Source of the DNA: a virus
Lineage: Duplodnaviria > Caudoviricetes
Length of the DNA stretch: 36,865 nt
Reading direction: 5' to 3' (one strand)
IMG/VR virus record: IMGVR_UViG_3300033406_000395
Location: 1-36,865 of that record
The position numbers and the translations under genes are program-made. The notes beneath the pieces are model-generated. The model was not told the DNA's origin. It saw only the letters and a list, made by a program, of their open reading frames with translations, and made no database searches. This document shows, piece by piece, positions 17,291 through 27,230 of the stretch (position 1 is the stretch's first letter; every line of letters starts with the position of its first letter).

Positions 17291-17689
17291 ATGGTAAGAC
17301 TAAAAATCACTGAGGTTTACGGCAAACGGGAAAGCAAAACACGCATTGGTTTCAGGAGCGGTAAGGTAGTCGCACTAACGTGTTGCGAGAACCCATGGCG
17401 CGAAATTGAGATTGCACCGACTGAACTAGAACGGATCAGTATTCACAATCAAGATGATGGCCACAGCTATCTCAGGGCGCGGGCTACGTTGTCTCTGACG
17501 CCGGAGTTGGAACCGATTTTCAATGAAATCTTTGCCAGCAAACTGATCCCGATGGATGAGATGTTTAACCTTAAAAGCAAAGGGTTTTTGGTCTATGGGA
17601 CGATTTTGCCGGACGTGACACCAGAAGAGTTTATGACAACGGATTTTACTAACGGAATCGTCGTAAAGGGAGGATACAAGCATGAATAA
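17291..17689 (+). CDS. Hypothetical protein
   Basis: AGGAG RBS; overlaps next ORF. Confidence 0.7.
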   Translation: MVRLKITEVYGKRESKTRIGFRSGKVVALTCCENPWREIEIAPTELERISIHNQDDGHSYLRARATLSLTPELEPIFNEIFASKLIPMDEMFNLKSKGFLVYGTILPDVTPEEFMTTDFTNGIVVKGGYKHE

Positions 17690-17999
17690 GCAATACGAAG
17701 CAGCACATTTTAATCCAGTGATAATTAACGGCATCGAATTCACCCAAGCCGATTTCGTCTGTCTTGCCCGCAAAGCGCAAGAGTATGTCCGCATTACCGG
17801 CTTTGAAGAACCGGTTAATGACGTCTTCCATGCGGGTTGCTACAGTTGCCCCTATGGAGGTGGAAACGACAGCTGTGCCAATATTATCGCCATGGAGAAG
17901 CTGACGAAACTGACAGGCACGTACTTCTCGCTTTGGGAAGGCAAAGATGGCGGCATGAGTGGCCTGCCTGACGAATATAAAAAACCAAAAGATGAATAA
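17682..17999 (+). CDS. Hypothetical protein with CxxC...C
   Basis: GGAGG RBS; GCYSCPY...SC. Confidence 0.7.
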   Translation: MNKQYEAAHFNPVIINGIEFTQADFVCLARKAQEYVRITGFEEPVNDVFHAGCYSCPYGGGNDSCANIIAMEKLTKLTGTYFSLWEGKDGGMSGLPDEYKKPKDE

Positions 18000-18008
18000 C
18001 CAAGTTTG

Positions 18009-18037
18009 CCCTGCTCCTAATACGAGCAGGGTTTTTT
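18009..18037 (+). terminator. Rho-independent terminator
   Basis: CCCTGCTC-ctaatac-GAGCAGGG plus T-tract. Confidence 0.8.
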
Positions 18038-18078
18038 GCGCTATTATCTGATCGCGCGCAGTAATTTTTGACCTGCGT

Positions 18079-18108
18079 TTTTACCATTTCGTGCACTTGT
18101 TGATATAG
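18079..18108 (+). promoter_or_regulatory. Candidate phage-sigma late promoter, copy 3
   Basis: TTTTACC-N11-TTGTTGATATAG upstream of the scaffold/capsid operon. Confidence 0.7.
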
Positions 18109-18162
18109 CTGTTTATGTAAAGCCTATCAAGAACAATTCACCCAATACTGGAGGTAAGCAAT

Positions 18163-18723
18163 ATGCCTGATCCTAACGCAACTCCGCCGGAGGGCCAGCC
18201 CGGAACTCCACCCGAGGGGCAACCGAATAATCAGCCGCTTCCTGCAACACCTGAAGAACTGCAGGCACTGCTTCAAGCCGAAAGCGACAAACGTGTTTCT
18301 CAAGCCTTGAACACAGCCAAAGCGAAATGGGAAGCCGAGTTTGGCGAGAAGCTGGAGACCGAGAAAAAAGAAGCCGCACGCCTTGCCAAATTGACGGCAG
18401 AGCAGCGCGAAAAAGAACTGTTCGAAAAACAAAAAGCCGAGTTTGACAAGCAACAGCAAGCGTTTCAGCGCGAACAGATGCTAAACAGTACGATGATTGA
18501 ACTGCAAAAGGAAGCGCTGCCGGTTCAGTTTGCTGAATACCTGCTGGCCGACACAGCCGAGCAAGTGACCGAAAATATTACGGCTTTTAAAAGCAAATGG
18601 CAAGAGGCTCTACAAAAGGCAGTAGATGAACGTTTAAAGGGTACGACCCCCAAAGGCGGCGCCAAACAAGAAGCGCCAGCAGGTAGTTTTTTTGACACCA
18701 TCAACAAGAACAAAATTCGCTAA
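18163..18723 (+). CDS. Capsid scaffolding protein (DUF4355-like)
   Basis: ESDKRVSQAL...AVDERLKGTTPK; precedes major capsid. Confidence 0.88.
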   Translation: MPDPNATPPEGQPGTPPEGQPNNQPLPATPEELQALLQAESDKRVSQALNTAKAKWEAEFGEKLETEKKEAARLAKLTAEQREKELFEKQKAEFDKQQQAFQREQMLNSTMIELQKEALPVQFAEYLLADTAEQVTENITAFKSKWQEALQKAVDERLKGTTPKGGAKQEAPAGSFFDTINKNKIR

Positions 18724-18742
18724 TTTATGGAGGTAATACATT

Positions 18743-19618
18743 ATGGCACAAACATTATCCGCTAATCTCGCCGGTCACATCCCTACCAGTATCGCCAATG
18801 AAATCATTGCAGACATCACTCGTGGTTCCGCCGTAATGGGTTTGTCCAAACTCGTACCGATGACTACGACGACTAAAACAGTCCCAGTGTTGGCTGGCGG
18901 CGTAGGTGCTTACTGGATCGGAGAGGGGCAAGCATATCAAACGTCTGCTGCCCAATGGATTTATCCCAAACTGGAAGCCAAGAAGCTTGGCATTATCGTA
19001 CCAGTGTCTAAAGAGGCATTGAACGACAGCACTTTTGACGTGTTTGCCGCTTATCGCGAAATGATCGCTTCTCAGTTTGCTGCCACGCTCGACAAAGCTG
19101 CTTTGTTTGGAACCGATTCCCCGTTTGGTGTTGGCGCATCTATTTACGAAAAAGCGATTGCCGCTGAAAACGAATTCACTATCGGCAGCGTTGCCGGGCA
19201 AGAAATCGGTGGCGACGTAGCCGATCTGATGGCTTTAATCGAGGCGGACGGTCATGACGTTAACGCGTTTGCGACGACGAAGCGATTCAAAAGCGTTATG
19301 CGCAAAATGAAAGACGACGCCGGCAATGCAGTGTTCGCCGACAAGTCCAAGGAAGCGCCGGCCGAATTGTATGGTCAACCGTTGGCGTTTGCTGACGCAG
19401 GCTTTGATATCACCAAATCTTCGATGATTGCCGGCGACTTTGAATATTCGCTGGTCGGTGTGCTTCAGGATATCGAATATGAGGTTTCTCGCGAAGCCAC
19501 TGTTGGCGGCGTCAGTTGCTTTGAAAACGACTTGGTTGCTCTGAAAGCTTCCATGCGCGTCGGCTTCCTGGTCGTCAAAGACAATGCTTTCGCCAACCTG
19601 AAACCGGCTACTGTTTAA
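18743..19618 (+). CDS. Major capsid protein
   Basis: IP..IANEII, AYWIGEG, AKKLGIIVPVSKE, FENDLVALKA.MR.G. Confidence 0.93.
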   Translation: MAQTLSANLAGHIPTSIANEIIADITRGSAVMGLSKLVPMTTTTKTVPVLAGGVGAYWIGEGQAYQTSAAQWIYPKLEAKKLGIIVPVSKEALNDSTFDVFAAYREMIASQFAATLDKAALFGTDSPFGVGASIYEKAIAAENEFTIGSVAGQEIGGDVADLMALIEADGHDVNAFATTKRFKSVMRKMKDDAGNAVFADKSKEAPAELYGQPLAFADAGFDITKSSMIAGDFEYSLVGVLQDIEYEVSREATVGGVSCFENDLVALKASMRVGFLVVKDNAFANLKPATV

Positions 19619-19625
19619 TAAGCCA

Positions 19626-19654
19626 GGGGCGGTGTAACAGCCGCCCTTTACTTT
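19626..19654 (+). terminator. Hairpin/terminator after capsid gene
   Basis: GGGCGG(T)-loop-(G)CCGCCC then T-rich tail. Confidence 0.6.
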
Positions 19655-19673
19655 AAACTAGGAGGTGCAGTAC

Positions 19674-19820
19674 ATGCTGATTTTCAACGGTGAGACTGTC
19701 CTGGACGTGACGCCGAAAGCCTACGAGGTTATCTATAAAAACCATGGCTACACCGTCCAAACCGAACCCGAACCCGAGGCGCCTGCGAAAAAGCCGGCCA
19801 AATCCAAGGCGGGTGAGTAA
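19674..19820 (+). CDS. Small 48-aa head-region protein (absent from ORF track)
   Basis: AGGAGGTG RBS; MLIFNGETVLDVTPKAYEVIYKNHGY...; abuts next gene. Confidence 0.75.
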   Translation: MLIFNGETVLDVTPKAYEVIYKNHGYTVQTEPEPEAPAKKPAKSKAGE

Positions 19821-19822
19821 TC

Positions 19823-20200
19823 ATGTTGATTACCGTGAAAGTCCTTCTGGGTATTCCACTGACGGACTACACGAAGGACCAAGTCCTGAATGCGTACTGC
19901 GAAATAATGGCTAGTAAAGTCAAAGCTTACTGCAACATTACGACTATCCCTCCGGCACTAGAAGATGTTGTGGCCGAAATGGTAGCAGTCTTATATAAGA
20001 AGCAATACGGTAGCGGACAATCTACGCAGCTAATCACCGTATCGGCAGGCGCAACGATTAAGAAGGAAACTGTCGGCGATCATACCATTGAATATGCGAC
20101 CGATACGTCCAGTTCTTCTTCCAGCACCAGCATCACGCAGGACATCGTAACCAGCCATGTGATGCAACTAAACCCGTACCGGCGCGTTAAATTCGTTTGA
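19823..20200 (+). CDS. Head-tail connector/adaptor
   Basis: VKVLLGI...KAYCN...IP.ALE; position. Confidence 0.8.
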   Translation: MLITVKVLLGIPLTDYTKDQVLNAYCEIMASKVKAYCNITTIPPALEDVVAEMVAVLYKKQYGSGQSTQLITVSAGATIKKETVGDHTIEYATDTSSSSSSTSITQDIVTSHVMQLNPYRRVKFV

Positions 20201-20213
20201 GGAGGCGCGATGA

Positions 20214-20534
20214 ATGATTTCAGCTAACATGCTTTCTCAAACCGTTCAGATTTACCGCACGGTTTCGGACAATACCTATTCTTTCGAACAGACAACGGAA
20301 GAACTTGTCGGTGAATATGCGTGCTATCTGGCGCAGAAGCGGCAAGCGTCGCAGCTTCAGCTGACGCCGCAGAACATCGTAACCTGTAACATGGAACTGT
20401 TACTGAATCTACCCGCTGATATTAAGATGGGTGATCGGGCAGTCGTGGACGGCGAGTCTTATGCCGTCGGCCACGTTCGTAAGCCCCTCAATCGCCACCT
20501 GCAAGCGGACCTGTACTTGGAGGCTGAAACCTGA
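20214..20534 (+). CDS. Putative head closure protein
   Basis: Position; DIKMGDR..VDG.Y. Confidence 0.6.
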   Translation: MISANMLSQTVQIYRTVSDNTYSFEQTTEELVGEYACYLAQKRQASQLQLTPQNIVTCNMELLLNLPADIKMGDRAVVDGESYAVGHVRKPLNRHLQADLYLEAET

Positions 20535-20887
20535 TGCTGGAATTAGATGATCTGATACGCAGCCTCAATGCGTCCCAAGCAACAATCGGACGCGAAAAGC
20601 AAGCCCTGTTGAACAGGGTAGGAAACCAAATGGCTGACAAAGTAAAAGCAAACACGCCAGTTGATACAGGCCAACTCCGAGACAGTATCCACCACACAGT
20701 CAACAGCAATGATTCCGTAACCATTGGTTCTGATGTTAAATACGCACCCTATGTCGACAAGGGCCATGCCAGGGGCGACAGCTTCGTACCCGGCCGGCAC
20801 ATGTTTGACAAGGCGATGCTGCAGGCAGACGCCGTCTTGGATGCGGAAGCACAGCGTTTCATTAACAATATCAACCTGTTAGGGTGA
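20534..20887 (+). CDS. HK97 gp10-like tail completion protein
   Basis: TPVDTGQLR.S, YAPYV..GH, VPGRHM. Confidence 0.88.
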   Translation: MLELDDLIRSLNASQATIGREKQALLNRVGNQMADKVKANTPVDTGQLRDSIHHTVNSNDSVTIGSDVKYAPYVDKGHARGDSFVPGRHMFDKAMLQADAVLDAEAQRFINNINLLG

Positions 20888-20891
20888 TTAT

Positions 20892-21332
20892 ATGACTCTC
20901 TTTACCATCCTCAAATCGATCTGCGACCATATTAAAACCGTGTTCCCCGCTCAGCCGATTTACATCATGCAAGTGCCACAAGGTTTTAAGCGGCCGTCCT
21001 TCTTCGTAAGTCTTGTCGATTCAACTGACCGAGACTTATGCCAGAACGGCATACGGCGGCAAGCCGTATTCGAAGTGGTTCACTTCGCACAGCAAGACGC
21101 AAAAGGCGTAACAAATCCGGTCACTCAGTTTGCTGCTTATGAACGGCTGATGCAGATTTTCCAAGTGCAATCGCTGCCGGTTGAAGATCGATATCTAAAG
21201 ATCACCCGCGTTGACGGCTCAACACGAGATAATGAAGTTTATTTGACAATCTCTTTTGAGTATACGTTCACACCGGACCTGAACCCAGTCGATCTGGAAC
21301 TAATGCAGCAACTCAGTATGAATTATCAATAG
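20892..21332 (+). CDS. Putative tail terminator protein
   Basis: IY..VPQGFKRPSFFV; precedes sheath. Confidence 0.7.
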   Translation: MTLFTILKSICDHIKTVFPAQPIYIMQVPQGFKRPSFFVSLVDSTDRDLCQNGIRRQAVFEVVHFAQQDAKGVTNPVTQFAAYERLMQIFQVQSLPVEDRYLKITRVDGSTRDNEVYLTISFEYTFTPDLNPVDLELMQQLSMNYQ

Positions 21333-21345
21333 GAGGTATCCTCAC

Positions 21346-22413
21346 ATGGCATTTCCTCAGATTAACATTATCTTCAAATCTGTAGCATCTTCGGCCATCA
21401 AACGCGGCAACAAAGGCATTGTTTTCGCAATCCTTAAAGATGATGCAGCCGTGGACGGCGTGTACGAGTTGATTTCTTCGGCCGAAATCCCGGTTGGACT
21501 CAGCGCATACAACAAAGCGCAGCTTGGTCTCATATTCCAAGGCGGCGAAACCGCGCCGAAGAAAGTCATCGCCTGTGTGCAAGATGACACTTTGACCGAC
21601 CTCTCCACCTCTTTGGCGACCGCTGAAGCAATGAAGTTTGACTACCTCGTTGTTCCCGGCGCAACCGCACCCGAAGCGACTGCAGCAGCTACAGCTGTTA
21701 AAGGGATGCGCGACAATTTGGCTAAGAAAGTAAAAGCCGTATTGCCGAACACTGCATCCGATTCAGAAGCGGTCATCAACTTCGTGACCGACGATATCAA
21801 AGTAGGCGCTGATACCTACACCACGGAAGACTTCTGTTCCCGCATTGCCGGCATATTGGCCGGTACGCCGCTGACGGCGTCCGTGACGTTTGCTGTATTG
21901 GCGGAAGTAACTGACGTTCCTCGTATGAGTCAGGCCGCTGCCGGCACGCTGATCGACGCTGGTAAGCTGGTGCTGTTCCATGACGGCGAGAAAGTCAAAA
22001 TCGCCCGGGGCGTCACTTCCTTAACTACTGTAACCGCCGAGAAAGGCGACCAGTTCAAGAAAATCAAAATCGTCGACATCTTGGATTTGATCCATGACGA
22101 CATCCGGCGCACTGCTGAAGATAATTATATCGGCCGGGTATCCAACAGCTACGCGAATAAATGTCTGTTGGTGAATGCGGTAAACGCTTATTTTACGCAA
22201 CTCGAAAACGAAGGTTTGTTGGAACGTGGCGGAAACAAAGCCTACATTGATGTTGATGCGCAACGCACTTACCTGAAATCCATTGGTTACGATACGGACG
22301 ATATGGACGACGCTGAAGTCAAAGCGGCTAACACCCGCGACAAAGTCTTCCTGGCTGCCACGGTGAAACCGATCGATGCGATGGAAGAAATCACATTCAA
22401 CGTTACGCTGTAA
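21346..22413 (+). CDS. Tail sheath protein (short, clostridial/XkdK type)
   Basis: P.INI.FK..., RIAGILAG, KIARGV.SL, KKIKIVD..DLI.DDI, DAMEEI. Confidence 0.92.
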   Translation: MAFPQINIIFKSVASSAIKRGNKGIVFAILKDDAAVDGVYELISSAEIPVGLSAYNKAQLGLIFQGGETAPKKVIACVQDDTLTDLSTSLATAEAMKFDYLVVPGATAPEATAAATAVKGMRDNLAKKVKAVLPNTASDSEAVINFVTDDIKVGADTYTTEDFCSRIAGILAGTPLTASVTFAVLAEVTDVPRMSQAAAGTLIDAGKLVLFHDGEKVKIARGVTSLTTVTAEKGDQFKKIKIVDILDLIHDDIRRTAEDNYIGRVSNSYANKCLLVNAVNAYFTQLENEGLLERGGNKAYIDVDAQRTYLKSIGYDTDDMDDAEVKAANTRDKVFLAATVKPIDAMEEITFNVTL

Positions 22414-22486
22414 TTGATTATCGCGCACGCTCATGCAAAGCATGAGCGGCGCTTCCTTCCAGAATTGAATTTAGGAGGTAACAACC

Positions 22487-22924
22487 ATGGCATATGAAAC
22501 AAAGAAAGTAATCAACGGCACCTGGGGTTCTGTCTGGGTGGATTCCGAGAAAATAAACGAGTGCTACGGCTTGCAAGCGACAATCGAAATCAAACGCGAA
22601 GCTGTTAAAGTTTGCGGCGATTTGTGGGAACACAACAAAATGGTCGGCGCCAAAGGCAAGGGCACAATCAAAATGAACCGCGTCACCAGCCGATTCGTCG
22701 AGAAGATTTTCAATATCCTTGAGACCGGTCAGGACGCTGTGTTCGAGATTCAGTCCATGTTGGAAGATCCGGACGCATTAGGACGCGAAACCGTGGTACT
22801 GAAGAATGTCACGTTTGACGAGTTGTCGATGCAAAACTGGGAAGCGGAACAACCGGGCACGTACGAAGTGCCGTTCAGCTTTGCCGGCGCGGAATACTTG
22901 GATCGGATTGACGCAACCGTTTGA
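22487..22924 (+). CDS. Tail tube protein (XkdM-like)
   Basis: VINGTWG.VW.D, LEDPDA.G.E, EVPF.F. Confidence 0.92.
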   Translation: MAYETKKVINGTWGSVWVDSEKINECYGLQATIEIKREAVKVCGDLWEHNKMVGAKGKGTIKMNRVTSRFVEKIFNILETGQDAVFEIQSMLEDPDALGRETVVLKNVTFDELSMQNWEAEQPGTYEVPFSFAGAEYLDRIDATV

Positions 22925-22993
22925 TTATACGCCCGGTTTGCGCCGGGCCCCTTCTCCCCCCCCCCATCATTAAATTTACGGAGGTAATTCATC

Positions 22994-23404
22994 ATGGCTA
23001 ACGCATTAGATCTTTTACTCGGCGGCAAAGTAAACGCTGAACGCCCTACCAAAGAAGTTAAGCTGCCGCGCTTATCCAGCGACGATATGGATTTTGTCCT
23101 GACTACTGTCGCAATCACGATGGATGATTTCAAGCATGTTCAAGAAATGAACCGCAAGGGCAAAGAGTTGGACGAAATCGGTATGAATCTGGATATGATT
23201 TGTTACGGCATCAAGGAATTCGATGAACGCCGCGCCGAGAATAAGGAACAGATCAAAGAACTCAAAAAGGCTTATGGCGTATCTAACATGCAGAAATTGG
23301 TTAACAACTTGCTGCTGCCCGGCGAGATCGCGATGTTGGCCACTGAAATTATCGGTGTGTCCGGCTTCGGCGAGGACATGATTGAAACCGTAAAAAAGGC
23401 ATAG
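22994..23404 (+). CDS. Tail assembly chaperone (XkdN-like)
   Basis: LLLPGEI...I..VSGF; between tube and TMP. Confidence 0.85.
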   Translation: MANALDLLLGGKVNAERPTKEVKLPRLSSDDMDFVLTTVAITMDDFKHVQEMNRKGKELDEIGMNLDMICYGIKEFDERRAENKEQIKELKKAYGVSNMQKLVNNLLLPGEIAMLATEIIGVSGFGEDMIETVKKA

Positions 23405-23607
23405 GCACCGACCCCGACACGACGATTGCTTATCACTTATATAAGGAACATCATGTGTTGCCGTCGGTGTACCAAGCAATGCCGGAGGGTGAGAAGGTAG
23501 TCATTCGGGCCTTCTTCGAACAAGAAATGCTTGAACGAAAAGAAAAAGGTGAAGCCATGGCTGAATTAGCCAAAAAAGGCTTCTTCTGCCCATCGATGTT
23601 GGGCTGA
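23392..23607 (+). other. -1 programmed frameshift site A AAA AAG and chaperone extension frame
   Basis: Slippery heptamer 23392-23398; -1 frame open for 69 codons (GIGTDPDTTIAYHLYKEHHVLPS...EGEKVVIRAFFE...) to TGA 23605-23607. Confidence 0.8.
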
Positions 23608-23618
23608 CAACGATTATG

Positions 23619-23643
23619 AGGGCGCACATGCGCCCTTTATTTG
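23619..23643 (+). terminator. Hairpin/terminator before TMP
   Basis: AGGGCGCA-ca-TGCGCCCT inverted repeat then TTATTT. Confidence 0.55.
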
Positions 23644-23678
23644 TATAACGACCACGCATAGCGAGGTGATTTGCATAA

Positions 23679-26501
23679 ATGGCTAATGAATATGGTACGA
23701 AACTCACACTCAAAGACAACTTTTCCGCCGTAATACAGAAGGCAATCAGCGCTACAGAGGCGCTGCGCAGCAAACTGCAATCGACAGAGAAAGAATTGGA
23801 TAAACTCGGCAACAAAAAGGTCAAGATCGGCGCACAATTGGATTCGTCGGTTCACTCCTCGTTGAACAAGTTGGGCGACAAGATCCCGAAAGATAAAGTC
23901 ATCAAAATCAAAGCCAAGGATGAAGTAACCCGCAATGTAACCAACATGCAGCGCGACATTTACAAAATGGGCCGCGAAATCAGCATGGGCATGCGTGATC
24001 CATTCAAAGGGCTTAACAGCTCTGCTTTGAACGCAGCCAGAAACTTGGCTATGGTCCGCGCAGCTAGTAGCGCCTTAATGACTGGCGCGGCTATGAGACA
24101 GATGGCAGCCAGTTCTTTACTGCCGGCACTCGTAGGCGGTGCTACCGCAGGCAGAGTAGCAGGCGGACTATCGGCTGGCAGAACAACCATAACTCCATTC
24201 GTAGCCGGTAGAGTGTTTGCTGAGCGACGTCGTTCTATCAACGTCAACCGCACAGGCGACCCAGATTACTATGAATCACAAGAACGCAATCACAGGCTTG
24301 GCGCTGGCGATGCCCCTGCTAGGTTTAACAGAGGCTCACGCTCCATGACGTACTTCGACGCTGACCGTGCTGACATGATTAGTAGGCAACAGCAAGTCAT
24401 GAAGTCACGGTATGGTATGGCTTACATGCCCCGTTATTCAGTACGGGATGAACATATCGGTGGCAGTGATTTCCTTACTACTCTTAACAAGAAGTTAGGC
24501 CGCGCCGGATTTGCGTATCAATCGGCAAAGGAAACGATCGGCGATAAAATTGGCTCAGTCAAGATGAAAGTCGATGTACTCACTAATCAAGCAATGTCTA
24601 AACTCAGCGCCTTTAAGCAGCGCATTGGCAATTCCAAAATCGGCGAAATCGCAATGAGAATGAAGTTTGCCGGGGAACGTGGCTTATACGGTGCTAAAGG
24701 TATGTTTGGTGGCCTTGCAAGTAAGGCAGTTACTATAGCGACAAAGTTCAAGGACTTGGGTGCAATGACTGGTATCGGTAGAGTGTTAGCAGCTGGCAAG
24801 ACGCTTGCCAAACCGGTCGCATTTACCGTTAAAGCTATTACGTCAGCGGCACACGCAGCTATAAACGGCCTCAAGACGGCCATTAAAGGTTTGGCAATGG
24901 CAGCCGGTGCTATCGTAATCGGCGGAGCAGCCACGGGAATCAAGGGTGCTGCAGAGATGGAACAAAATATTATATCCATCGAACATTTCGTTAAGTATGC
25001 CAATACGAAGAAAGTATCTGAAGGCAAAGGCACCGCAATGTCTGATGCCGAGATAAAAAAAGCTAGTGCCGACTACATGGGTGGCATGCGCAAATATGCG
25101 GATGAGACCTCTTTTTCGACCGGTGACGTTATGAACGCTGGTCGGCGGGCTGTTAATGTTATGAATGGTGATCTAAGTAAAGCTGATGAACTTGTTAAAA
25201 TCGCTGGAGACATGGCAGCGCTTAATCCAGGCAAAACCATTATGGATGCCATGGAAGCTCTGGCCGATATGAAAACTGGCGAGATGGAACGGATGAAAGA
25301 ATTCGGCCTGAAAATCAGTGCCGAACAATTCAAGGGGCTAGTCGGCAAAGGGAAAAATGATGATCTTTCCGATGACGAGACAGCGAAAGCGTATCAAATG
25401 GTAATGAACCAAAAGCTAAAGACTATGTTCGGTGGCGGCGCAAAGAAAATGGGTGAAACTGCTTCAGGCAAGTGGTCCACTTTGATCGGCTCAGCTGGAT
25501 CGGCTTTGACTGATGTCGGAACAATGTTTCTGCCTGGTATCAAAATAGGTTTAGACTCAGTGATTAGCATGATTAGCGGTGCGGCCCCGCGCATGATTGC
25601 CGCATTTAAACCTCTCGCTGATGGCTTCAATGCTTTTATGTCAGGTGGAGGCAGTGGCGGCAATAAGTTCTCAGCAATGTTCCAGCAAATCTCTGCAGCT
25701 ATCCAGCCAGCAACAACAGCTTTTAACAAGCTATTGGCTAACGGCGACCTTATGAAAATATTCGCTGGTGTAGTGGCCGCAGGCGGTTCTGCTATTAAAC
25801 TTGTTATGGAAATGCTTGGGCCAGTATTCAGCGTAGCAGGAGTAATCATTGCCGACGTTATGACATTCATGGGCGGACATATTGTCGATGTTCAAAATAT
25901 CTTTAAAGATTTAAGCATGATTTGGGCAAGCAGCTGGCCGGTGTTGAGTGATATATGTATCGGTGCTTGGGGAGTCATTAAACCAGCATTAGAAGCCTTG
26001 TGGAATATTGCTATGGTTATCGTCGATGTGTTCACTCTTGCTTGGCCGTTGATAGCAGGGGCCGTGCGAGTTTTATGGGCGGTAATCAGTCCAATCTTTA
26101 GTGCGCTGGGGGCACTCCTGGAAGGCATTGCATGGGCAGCCGGAAAAGCGCATCAAGCATTGCAGTGGGTTATCGACAAGAAAGCGCAACTTGGTGGATC
26201 AGTTGATATTAACGTGAACAATAGTGCCAGTAATGATGGATCCTCTGAACGTGCTGTCGGCATGGAGTATATTCCGTACAACGGCTTCAACGTCACAGCG
26301 CACCGCGGCGAAGCAATCCTGACCCGCACGGAAGCTGACAATTGGCGCGCAGGAAAATCCGGCAGCGCAGGCGGCGTCATAATCAACATCCATGATCCGG
26401 TTGTCCGCGAAGAGTCCGATCTGGATCGCCTCGGCACAATGCTTGCCAACAAAATCAGCGAAGTACGCAGCAATATGGGCGCTGTGCCCGCATTCGCTTA
26501 G
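23679..26501 (+). CDS. Tape measure protein
   Basis: L.LKDNFS start, Ala/Gly/Met-rich helices, EALADMKTGEMERMKEFG, Trp-spaced repeats, HRGEAILT. Confidence 0.92.
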   Translation: MANEYGTKLTLKDNFSAVIQKAISATEALRSKLQSTEKELDKLGNKKVKIGAQLDSSVHSSLNKLGDKIPKDKVIKIKAKDEVTRNVTNMQRDIYKMGREISMGMRDPFKGLNSSALNAARNLAMVRAASSALMTGAAMRQMAASSLLPALVGGATAGRVAGGLSAGRTTITPFVAGRVFAERRRSINVNRTGDPDYYESQERNHRLGAGDAPARFNRGSRSMTYFDADRADMISRQQQVMKSRYGMAYMPRYSVRDEHIGGSDFLTTLNKKLGRAGFAYQSAKETIGDKIGSVKMKVDVLTNQAMSKLSAFKQRIGNSKIGEIAMRMKFAGERGLYGAKGMFGGLASKAVTIATKFKDLGAMTGIGRVLAAGKTLAKPVAFTVKAITSAAHAAINGLKTAIKGLAMAAGAIVIGGAATGIKGAAEMEQNIISIEHFVKYANTKKVSEGKGTAMSDAEIKKASADYMGGMRKYADETSFSTGDVMNAGRRAVNVMNGDLSKADELVKIAGDMAALNPGKTIMDAMEALADMKTGEMERMKEFGLKISAEQFKGLVGKGKNDDLSDDETAKAYQMVMNQKLKTMFGGGAKKMGETASGKWSTLIGSAGSALTDVGTMFLPGIKIGLDSVISMISGAAPRMIAAFKPLADGFNAFMSGGGSGGNKFSAMFQQISAAIQPATTAFNKLLANGDLMKIFAGVVAAGGSAIKLVMEMLGPVFSVAGVIIADVMTFMGGHIVDVQNIFKDLSMIWASSWPVLSDICIGAWGVIKPALEALWNIAMVIVDVFTLAWPLIAGAVRVLWAVISPIFSALGALLEGIAWAAGKAHQALQWVIDKKAQLGGSVDINVNNSASNDGSSERAVGMEYIPYNGFNVTAHRGEAILTRTEADNWRAGKSGSAGGVIINIHDPVVREESDLDRLGTMLANKISEVRSNMGAVPAFA

Positions 26502-26506
26502 GAGGT

Positions 26507-27217
26507 ATGGCTATGGACTTTGTTCTCAGCCAGGGGGGCAGCCAACTCAGGCTGCCCGTTAACCCGGCAGAATTCTCGATACAATCAGGCAACCAAAACC
26601 AAACGGTCAGCGTAGTGCGGCGCGGCGAAATCAACCTATGGGGGCCAGAACAACTGGAAACAGTCACGCTTGCCGCATTCTTTCCGAAGTATTGGTTTCC
26701 GGGTTGCAACTACAGCAGCTTCCCTGATCCATGGGAGTGCGTCAGGATGATTGATGACTGGCGCAACTCCGGTCAACCGCTGCGGCTTATTATCACGGAC
26801 TCCCAGACAAACGTCAACATCAATATGGAAGTTTTGGTCGAGTCATTTGAACGCGGCGTCAAAGGCGGCAGCATAGGCGATGTGTATTACAGCATGACCT
26901 TGAAACGCTACAAACGAATCAATATTCCCGATACGGCAAGCATTTATCAACCTGCAATCACACGCCCGACGCCGCCAGGATCGCAGCAGCAATCCGCTTC
27001 GGATTCAACCAGCAAGACCAACACGCAAGGGTCCAACTCGGCATCAGCAACGCCAGGCGACACGTATACCGTGCAAGAGGGCGACACCCTTTGGGATATC
27101 GCCAAGACCCATTACGGCTTAGGATCGGACTGGACGAAAATTTACGAAGCCAATAAAGATGAATTGCCTGACGCCAGCAGTATTCAAGTGGGACAGGTTT
27201 TAACCATTCCGTCATAA
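26507..27217 (+). CDS. LysM-containing tail tube initiator (XkdP-like)
   Basis: LPVNP, SFFP-like motif, GDVYYS..LK.Y; C-terminal YTVQEGDTLWDIA LysM. Confidence 0.9.
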   Translation: MAMDFVLSQGGSQLRLPVNPAEFSIQSGNQNQTVSVVRRGEINLWGPEQLETVTLAAFFPKYWFPGCNYSSFPDPWECVRMIDDWRNSGQPLRLIITDSQTNVNINMEVLVESFERGVKGGSIGDVYYSMTLKRYKRINIPDTASIYQPAITRPTPPGSQQQSASDSTSKTNTQGSNSASATPGDTYTVQEGDTLWDIAKTHYGLGSDWTKIYEANKDELPDASSIQVGQVLTIPS

Positions 27218-27230
27218 GGAGGCGGCCAAT

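Noticed and set aside
18096-18124. dif site (TTATGTAAA right arm)
   Set aside because: Left arm does not match dif, and the sequence is explained by the late promoter motif
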